This document shows, in pieces, positions 14,655 to 25,100 of a DNA stretch of 64,000 nt. A program made the translations under genes and the position numbers. The DNA is from Octopus vulgaris (lineage: Eukaryota): positions 101,494,001 to 101,558,000 of the forward strand of contig OX597821.1 in assembly GCA_951406725.2 (NCBI GenBank), given 5' to 3'. Below the pieces are notes generated by a model, which saw only the letters and a list, made by a program, of their open reading frames with translations, made no database searches and had not been told where the DNA came from. How positions within the stretch are numbered: the first letter of the stretch is position 1; each line of letters begins with the position of its first letter.

Positions 14655-16018
14655 GTGGCCTCTACCTGGTATGTAGCCAGTCGACTTATACATACCTTTT
14701 TTCCTTCTTGGGACACAAAACTCCGCTTGTGAAGACCCGTTGAGGCAAGTGAAAATCAAATCAAAATCAAAATCAAATCAAATCATATCAGATATCAGAA
14801 AGCAGAACCAAAATCGAAGTCGATCAACATCAATGGAAATTGCAGCTGTGATACCAGTGCCGGTGACAAGTAAGCGAATCATCTGATCGTGGCCATTGCC
14901 AGCGCCGCCCCGACTGGCCTCCGTGCCGGTGGCACATAAAAAGCACCATCCGTCCATGGCCGTTTTGCCAGCCCCGTCTGGCACCTGTGCGGGTGGCACG
15001 TAAAAAGCACCCACTACACTCACGGAGTGGTTGGCGTTAGGAAGGGCATCCAGCCGTAGAAACTCTGCCAGATCAGACTGGGCCTGATGCAGCCTTCTGG
15101 CTTCCCAGACCCCAGTTGAACCGTCCAACCCATGCTAGCATGGAAAGCGGACGCTAAATGATGATGATATATATATATATATTGGGTCATACCATAAATA
15201 ATGCGGTTTTTTAATACATTTATTTTTCAAAATTAATATATAAAGTTCTTTTTTAATTTAAAATATAATCTCTTTCATTTTCTACAATGTTCTTCCATCT
15301 ATGTGGTATACTTGCAAAGCCTCTCTTCCACGATTCACTTGCCTGTGACAAAAAAAATACTCCTCCAGTACTGTTCTGACCTCATCTGCAGAATTCATAT
15401 TTTTTCCGTCCAACTGTGGAATAAATGATAATCAGATGGGGCAATGTCCAGCAAATATGGTGGGTGGGGCATCATTTCCCATTCAAACTGTCCCAGCATT
15501 TGTAATGTTATCTTCATTGTATGTGGCCGAGCATAGTCCTGATGGAAGAGCACCTTTCATCTTGAATGACCAAATCCAAGCTCCTCTGCTAGTTCAACAG
15601 TGACGATGGGATTTTGCTCCACCAGGGTTTGCAAGACATCCTCATTGAGTTCTACAGATCTTCCAGGACGAGGCTCATCTTCTAGGCTGTTGTTTCCAGC
15701 TTGGAATTTCTGGAACTACCACTGGCACTGCCTTATGCTTATTGTCCAATCCCCATATACTGCATTAATATTCCTTGCACTTGTTGCCTTTATTGAACTC
15801 ATAAAGGAAAATATGCTGAATATGCTCCTTTGTCACTTCCATTATAACTTTAATAAAATAACTGTTAAAATCGAACTGCACTCTTCAAAACTTGCACTAA
15901 GAATAAAAACCAAGGTAAAATTACTACCTGCTTTTATAGCAAGTTAATGCAGGTAGTTTAACCAATCCCTGCCCAACTTTTAGTTTATACAATTGAAAAA
16001 ATCGCATTATTTATGGGA

Positions 16019-16112
<94 letters not shown>

Positions 16113-19100
16113 TACATACATGCACACACACAAGAATAAAACACTTATTGGCAATCAAATCAGTTCAAATGTACTGTAGATATAAAAAAATATAAATATG
16201 AGGTTTATAATCTGGAAAGCTTCAATGCCTAAATGTAAATGTTTATTATAGAGTATCAAATCAAACAAAAGTTATTAAGTGCTACTAATCTTTATTGCTT
16301 ACCTAGTCTGTAAAAGACCATGAAAAAACTAGCTTAATATTTATCTTGTCTATACAAGTAGAAAGTTTGCTAGCCTGTGGTGAGTGGAAACAGACTTCAA
16401 CCATCTATTGGTTATGTATGTATTATACAAGCACACAACTATGGATGCAAAACGTCGTTATAATTCTATATACATACACATGACTGTTTGTTATATGAAC
16501 TTATTAACTGTAATTTATCATTCAACCAAAATTGATTTTACATTAAGTTTTGATAATCAGAACTGTTCATCTGTGTAACTCTTGAAAGCATTTAGGGAGA
16601 GCTCCACTGCTATGTCATTATACACTAGCCTTTCTACTGCATTGCTGTCTTTATTTAAGAAGCTATACGCAAATGTATTGGTAATAGCAACAAGATATCT
16701 TTATAAATGCCAACAACCAAATCTAAACATCAAACCTCAATTGTAGTAGGACACCTGTTATAAATTTCAATTCTTTAGAAGGCCTCGTGCCAGTGGCACG
16801 TAAAAAGCACCATCCGTTCGTGTCCGTTGCCAGCCTCGCCTGGCCCCCGTGCCGGTGGCACATAAAAGCACCGTCCATTCGTGGCCGTTTGCCAGCTCTG
16901 TCTGGCACGTAAAAAGCACCCACTACACTCACGGAGTGGTTGGCGTTAGGAAGGGCATCCAGCCGTAGAAACACTGCCAGATCTTACTGGGCCTGTTGAA
17001 GCCTTCCGGCTTCACAGACCCCAGTTGAACCGTCCAACCCATGCTAGCATGGAAAACAGACGCTAAACGATGATGATGATTACTGTGTCTGAAAACTAAT
17101 GAAATACTATGATATGACTTATTGACCTGCAATTTGATGAAGAAATTACAAATGTCTCGGTTTTCAAATCTATGAAAGCTCTGACTTTCCACATTCAGTG
17201 GAAATCTTGTAAGCTTTTATCAGTCTGGAAATCTTAAAATAAATGCATGAGCATACATAGATACATGAGCCTCCAACTAAGCTCTGCTACAGCTGGGCAG
17301 GCACAAAACTATGCCTTTATTTATCAAAGTTATATTGAAAACAATGTAAATGTTTTCTAAATTCCAAATCCAGAAATTTAGAGAACAATATCTAAATTAT
17401 ATGTTGAACATGACTTACATTTTGATATTTTTTTATATTGGGAATGCAGATTCAGTCAATTCCTCTTAATTGCATAGCCTCACTGATTGAAGTTTTAGTA
17501 GTAAGATATTGTGGTTCTGTTATGAATGGAATATATTATAAAATATATACGTATGGAGTGCGTAACAAAATAAGAATAGAGCATGTTTTTTACTTAGCCC
17601 TTTAGCATTCACCATTATTCCGTCAGAAGTAAAGCTGATTTTACATTTTGAATTAATCATGCATTTTCACGTAGCTTCGAGATTTTGATAAAGTAACTTA
17701 ATTTTTATAATAGTATTGTAGGATTGATGTGATAGACCAGATCTGGCCAGTTTGAACATAGAACAAGTTGAATATTTTGGCTGGATATGGCCAGTTTAAA
17801 TGCTAATGGGTTGAAGCACATTCCACACAATTCAAGATATTTTTGTATTGATGTATATCAGCATGGCAATTGTTCGACTTATCTCTAAAAGGTTTCTCAA
17901 TTCCTTTGTAATTTCCCAAGCTTGGTCAGATTCATATGTCCAGACAATGATTTTTACACTTCAAATTAATGATAATTAGTGTCATACAGATTAAAGAAAA
18001 TTTAAAGGCTAATTGCAGGCTAGTTACGGGCTGATGGAGTTGACAATGACAACAAACAAAATTAGCATCTATGCATCACTTAATTCAGTATTATTTTTAC
18101 AAATTTTACCTACAAGTAAAATTTATTTATTGAAGCATTTCATTACACAAACTTAAGATAAAAATACACTCTAGAATATGAACTTCAGTAGTCTTTAATT
18201 CAAGGTAACAATAACTTGAATGCATTGTTTGTAAACATGAAGTATTGAGTGTCGTCATTTTAGCTCATCATGAAAACAGAACCTTCCAGAATCAACTTCA
18301 TTTATATCAATCAAATAGACGTTCATTTTTGTGCTACATTTCCATCAACCATTTTTTTCATATTCAAAATGATATGAAAAATATCTTATGTAACTAACCC
18401 AAATTGATATTATTTGCATATGCAGTTAACCAATCAATGTTTCATAGATTTGATGCTTAAATGCTTCGGTTTTTTGAAAAGTTATGCATTTAACTGATAT
18501 GCAATTAAGCAAAATCACTTATACAAGCTATGAAACTAATGCTCGTATATATGTTTTGTTTGTTTTTTCCATTGTTCTTCAGATTTAAACAATTGCATGT
18601 TCTTTCCCTGTACTGTTTCACTGTAAAACAGCCCGTTTATGTTATCTAGACTGAGATAAGAGTTTTTGACCAGAATTTAATATTGAAACCTATTAGTCAT
18701 AAGCCATGAGTCTAATACTCAGAAAATGTATGGAAGCCAAACAGGTGGTTTCCATACCTTTTCCTGTTTCTTTTGAGATGAATCATTTCTTCTAAAATAT
18801 ACAAAAATTGATTCACAAAACCAAAATTAAGTAATTAGCTGTTTTTGTGGTAGCTTTTCTAAGGCTTTGTGTTTCATATTTAACCTCTATACTTGAGTCT
18901 TGCTACAGTTAACTTTGCTTTCCAGAGATGAATAAAATAAGGGACCAGTCAAGTGGTGTTGTAGATAAAATTGAGTTCCATTTCTCTCGTAGATGTGACT
19001 TTTTGCTTTATATAATGAATAGATGTTTAACCACCTTATAACTGCTATATTTTATGATATAGGATGGATTAATAGGTTTCAGTATTCAGTAAGATTGTTG

Positions 19101-22100
19101 AAAGTTCTCTTGATTCATGTGGATCTCATCAGAATGATCCCTTATGCTTTAACTTGTATTTTTTAATTTCTTAAATTTGTAAAACTTTTTCTCTTTTTAA
19201 ATAGGACACGTCACCCCCGATCTCGTTCTAGGGGAAGAAAATCCAGAAGTCCACATCGCAAGAGATCAAGATCTAGAACAAGGTACGTTAAGTATAAAAA
19301 CCATTTTAGATTGCCTTCTCAGTTGGTCTTAGAATTTCACCATATAGTTAAAAACAATACAGATAAGTATCGGGTGTATGTCGGTGAGGCAAGTATTAAA
19401 TTAAAATAGCTATCTGTGTATCATACTTAATGTATATACACCATTGGTAGGTCACTCACTGTGGTATTTGTTCTGGGATAACATCTCTTATAGATGTGTT
19501 TTAATAAATATTGGAGGGATATGGAAATTCATCCCAGGTGCATTTCAGCCTTTTTGGAACGATGTGTACTCACAGCCAGCCACATTCCTGGACGAGAATT
19601 TGTCTCCTAATAAAGAAAGCAGTGAATGATGTTTCAAAGAAAAATCCAATACATACAATTGAAGCATGAACTTCAGAATAATGCTCATTTTATGATAACT
19701 AACAGTTTTTCACACATGATGTTTTAGCCTTCTTTAACAGTTTTAGTTGAATAGGTGACTTATTCACTTGTGTTAGCAGGTTTAGCATCTTTTTCTATTA
19801 ATAATATTCATCATTTCACAAATAAGGATTATTAGAATGTAGGTTACTTTAATTTATATCTATTTTAAGTTAAATATACTCTCTTTTAACAGACGTACTC
19901 CTCCCAAAGCATACAGTGCCAGACGTTCTCGGACTCCACCTCGGTATGTCTTTATTTTTTTTTTCATTATTTTATAATCACATTTTTCACTAAGTCATTA
20001 TAAAACATTTCTCTTAACACAGATATTTATCAGTCATTCTGTTGTACATAATAAATGCAATCAATTCTAACATTCAGATAAATTTATATTGGAGAATTGA
20101 TTATTTTAGTATATTTTAATATATTAGGTTAGAATGCACTCAATTTTAAATGTAACATCTGCCATCTGTAAGTGTTCTCCTTTGCAATCTTTAAGCATAT
20201 AAGAAAATTTTGTACTTGGTATATTTTAAGAGCAGTTAGCTCCTCTTCTATGTAAGAAGGAAATTTAATTGGTTTAATAATTTGTCTTCTTTGGGGGAAA
20301 ATGTCAATCACTTGTATGTTTGATAATGAAGTTTATGCTTTTGAACATGTGATTGTGTTGCTTAACCCTATTCTCCAAGGTGTTCTTAATACAGTATGGC
20401 CATTTGCTGCTGTTTCTAGCAGATTGAATGACCTTGTGTGTGTGTATACATGCATGCACACATAAATTGTTTTGAATGGACGAAGTATTGTACAGCATTG
20501 AACCCATTTTTCAGTGTAATCAGTTATAAAACCAGTGGCACAACCAAGTTTGATACGACCAGAAAGAAACTGCCTGCATTTTGAGTTTTTTCTATGCAAG
20601 TTTACTTTCTAAAAGGAAGTTCTAAGAAGAACGAGAGATCTTTCAATCCCTTTGGTTCACATGCTAGTTAACCCATAGCAGGGACCCTACTTCAGTTCAG
20701 AGTAGACCTAGGAATAATAGTGGCTAAGAGGTAGTTCTATACTCCTCAAAACCCTGGCACTCCTGTACCAGGGCCCTACTACCGGAAGCAGTTTGAAGTC
20801 ATACCCTGAACAACATATATGAAGCCATGGCTGAGTGATTAAGAGGTTCACTCGGTGCCCCAGCATGGCCACAGCTCAAGAGCTGAAACTGGAAAACATA
20901 AAACATAAACATAAACTGTAAGGTTTCAGGTTTGATCCCACAGCATGGCATCATGGGGAAAGGGCTTTTAGCATAGGTTTGTAAGTGAAATTGAGTTGGC
21001 AGAAATTGTGTAGAAGCCCATCAGACAGTCAAATGTTAAGTCATGTCACACACTGTCATCCTCATTCTGCCAGGGAATTACATTAAGAGTGTGCATGACT
21101 AGAATAATTGGAGGCTTATAAGTTGAAATTACTGGAACAGTCCACCATGTGTGTAAATATATATATATATATATATCTGTGTGCGTGTATGTGTTTATAT
21201 ATAAGGCTATGAAGTTATTCTGTTATTAACCTTCTGATTTTAGACCTATAAAGCGTCGGTCTCGTAGCCGAAGTCGACAAAAGTCACCAGTGAAAAAGAA
21301 ATACATTAGCCCATCTCCTCCTAAACTTACAAGGGAATGTTCCCTTCCCCTGAAGGATGATGACAAAGACTCCTCTCCAGAAAGAAAATCAAGGTAGATT
21401 TTGCACTTACCTCTTCTTTCTTTCCAAACTCTGTTAAGCACCATAGAAAAACACTATTAAAGTGAAATCTAAAAGTGTTAATCCATGCGGTTTTTTTTCT
21501 GCCCACTATTTTTGTCATTGGGGAGAGTCCTCTGATGCCTCCCCCATAGAGTCCTATCAGAAGCAACTATCATTAGACTTTCCAGCTGGATTCCCAAGCA
21601 TGACCAACTGAGATTGGATGATGATATCTGACCTTCTCATTCTTGGTCTGCCCTTAGGTATCCTACCAGTTGGCTGGACTTGTAGAATCAATCTTGTGAT
21701 TCTGCCACATTCTAGTCACGTCTGTAGTACCCAAGCTGTGACCTGTCAGTGTTGAGAAGTAGCAGTTTGACCTGGAGATCCTCCCTGATCTCTGAACTAT
21801 GCTCCCTATCAAGTAACATCACTTCAGAGATCCTTTGCAGGAAACCCATTTTGACCTCTTGTATTTGTGATTGTACTCTTTTGGTCATCACCCCACACTC
21901 ATAACCATAGATTTTTTTCAATATAACACTGTTCTTCCCTAGAGGTTTGAGTCTTCTGTCTTAATTTTTGTTTTCCAAGAGTTTCATACTGTTTAGAATT
22001 TCCCATGATATTTTGGAGTATGCACCATCATTCTTCATACTTCAAGAATTCTATTATCATCATCATATAATTTTCATTTGTCATCTGGCACAGAAAGTTT

Positions 22101-25100
22101 TAAAAAAAAGAACCCCAAAAAAATCCACAAATGTGTCTTTGTTGTGCTTGTCATGTTTTTACAGCCTTCCTTTAGCCAACCATTAAAAACAAAATAAGTT
22201 CACTTCGCAATCATGTGGTTTCAAGTTCAATCCCACTGCATGGTACCATGGGCAAGTATTTTTTACTATTGCCCCAGGCTGAGCAAAGCCTTGTGAGCAA
22301 ATTTGGTAAATGGAAACAGGAAGAAACCTATTGTCACCTTGTCTTGACATTTCTGGCTAATTGTAAACAAATGTTACTATCATAAATGGTGTCTTTCACT
22401 TACAATCTTCTATGAAAACATGTCCAACCATTGTGTTGTTCTTGTTCAAAGAACTAAGGAAAATATTACCTTGCTTGGAAGCAGGTGAAATTTGGCAACA
22501 GAAGGAGCATCCAGCCATAGAAAATTTGTCAGTGAAATTTCAACACACATCATTTAAGAACCCATATTTTAAGCTCCTTCTTTCAAGGAACATAACTGTC
22601 ACTATCACCATTCAACTCCCATACAACACTATTCATACCATAATTATTATTTATTTATATATTTATTTTTTTTATGTCAACAGTTCTCATGAGAAGAGGA
22701 GTCGTAGTAGAACACCAAGCAAAAAATCTCGAAGATCTCACAGGTTAGTATCTATATAAAACAATAAATAATACTGTCCTTTGAGTTGCTCAACTTTGCT
22801 TTTGTTTATTTGTAATAGTTTCTAGGTTTGACTTTTGTACAATATATGAACCAATTCTTTTTTTCTTTTGTATGTGCAGTTTCCTGCTCTCCTATTTGTA
22901 AGTCCTCTTTCATTTGCTATATCATGGAAGATTTTAAAATATTATCTTGTTTTTCTTGTACAGCCAAAACAGATATTGTTTTAGATTGTTACCACATTCT
23001 AACTTACTTGAGGTTAGAGATAGCGGTGGGATAGGGCTCCCATTGATCTAAAGTTAGGTTAGAAGGTGAATTAGTAAAGACATTATAAGTAGAGAATATA
23101 TTCACAATAATTCTAGCATTATCTTAATCTTAACATTAATAAAGAGATATAGTTGTAAAGTTTTCACAATTTAAATTTAAGAAATGTATCAACTAAAATA
23201 TTTGATTATTAATCCAAAGGTTAATGAGATCATACTCTGCTACGAAGCAACAGTTATTGATCTCAGTTCACTGAGCTGTAAAAGACACCATTCTGAATGT
23301 ATGGTTAAATGATTAGTGTCAGAAAAAGCTTCAAGCTGTAAAAATATTTGTTCCATTGATGTTAAAAATATTAAGAAGTTCAGTTATGAATAATTTTAAC
23401 ATCTTTTGCTCATCACTTAACCCATTAGCATTTAAGCTGTCCATATCTGGCACAAATATTCCACTTGTTTTACATTCAAACTGGCCAAATCCAATCTCTT
23501 GTACCTATATACTATAATATATATGCCATCAAAATCTCAAAGCTATGAGATAATGCATGATTAATTTAAAACAGTGTGAATAAATAAAAATAACAGTTGA
23601 CAGTAATCTGAATGCTAAAGGGTAAAACTTATTATATTATAGGTTTCCTTAATAATAATTTAATTCAATTTATCAATGGGAATAATTAGTTTTTTTTTTT
23701 TTGAAATCTTTGGTAGGAAGTTACCTATTTTAATGCTCCAAACAATAGCATTTTAATGTTTATTTTTTATGTAAATATGTATGCCTTGTGTTTTTTGTTG
23801 TTTGCAGTCGCAACCGACCTAATCGCAACCCTAGGCGCCGGTCTACCAGTCCTCCTCGTAATCGACGCTCACGTTCACGTAGTGGTTCCAGACATAAATC
23901 ATCAAGGTATTTTGGACAATTATTCATTGTTTTGGAAAATGCTTACTAATCCCTACAAAAATACTTAAGTACAAATTTAAGCTGTTGTTTAATAAATCAT
24001 AAATGCTTCCAACTTTGATTTGCTTCAGAAAAATCTCTAGTATATAATGTTTTAGTTTTCAAAGTGTTTTAAATTATATATTATATTTATGTGCCATTGG
24101 AATGTAAAAAGCACCATGCAAACGTAGTTGAAGCCAGTGTCCCCTAACTGGTGGCACATAAAAAACACCCACTACACTCTTGGAGTGGTCGGTGTTAAGA
24201 AGGGCATCCAGCTGTAGAAACCTTGCCAGATCAAATTGGAGCAGCCTACTGGCTTGCCAGTACTCGGTCAAACTATCCAACCCATTGCCAGCATGGAAAG
24301 CAGACGTTAAACGATCATCATCATCGTTTAACATCCGTTTTCCATGCTAGCACAAGTTGGACGGTTCGACCGGGGTCTAGGAAGCCAGGAGGCTGCACCA
24401 GGCTCCAGTCTGATCTGGCAGTGTTTCTACAGCTGGATGCCCTTCCTAATGCCAACCACTCCGTGAGTGTAGTGGGTGCTTTTTACGTGCCAGGGGAGGC
24501 TAGCAGTGGCCACGATTGGTTGGTGCTTTTTACGTGCCACTGGCACAGGTATCGCAACTACTATTTCCATTTGATATTTATTTTGATGTTGATGTACTTG
24601 ACTCAATAGGTCTTCTCAAGTACAGCAGGTCATGTGCCACGTTCGGATGGTGCTTTTTACGTGCCGCCGGCACAGGTATCGTAACTGATGATGATAATCC
24701 ACACGTGTATAATGTACAAAAATTTCTTGCTAGTGTACTACAATTCAGTATCATCATCATCATTTAATGTCTGTATTCCATGCTAGCATAGGTGGGACTA
24801 GAAAATTAACCCTCTCAGACTTGGGCCCCCGTGTCTAACTTTACCCTTCACTTGGACTCCTGAGCAAAAGCATAAATAGTTGTATACACAGCTTAAGAAT
24901 AACAATTGCAGGCAAACTAATGGACAGAACCAGCTTCATCTTTTTTGGCATGTTGCTTGTTACCATTTTATTGGGAATTCAACAGAGATGACATTTAGCC
25001 TATTTCCCACTATAGCAGGAATATGCTGTGACAGGGTTAAATTTTATTAATGTGTTTTAATTATCAAAATGAATTAAAACTATTGTTTGTTTGTGTTGCA

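Noticed and set aside
14880-15010. Regularly spaced ggcacgtaaaaagcacc repeats that look CRISPR-like
   Set aside because: They are internal subrepeats of a eukaryotic retroposon-like element; the spacers are related to each other and there are no cas genes.
14778-15128. ORF with the [22 protein letters not shown] motif, recurring at 16723 and 24223
   Set aside because: This is a reading frame through a multicopy dispersed repeat, not a gene family.
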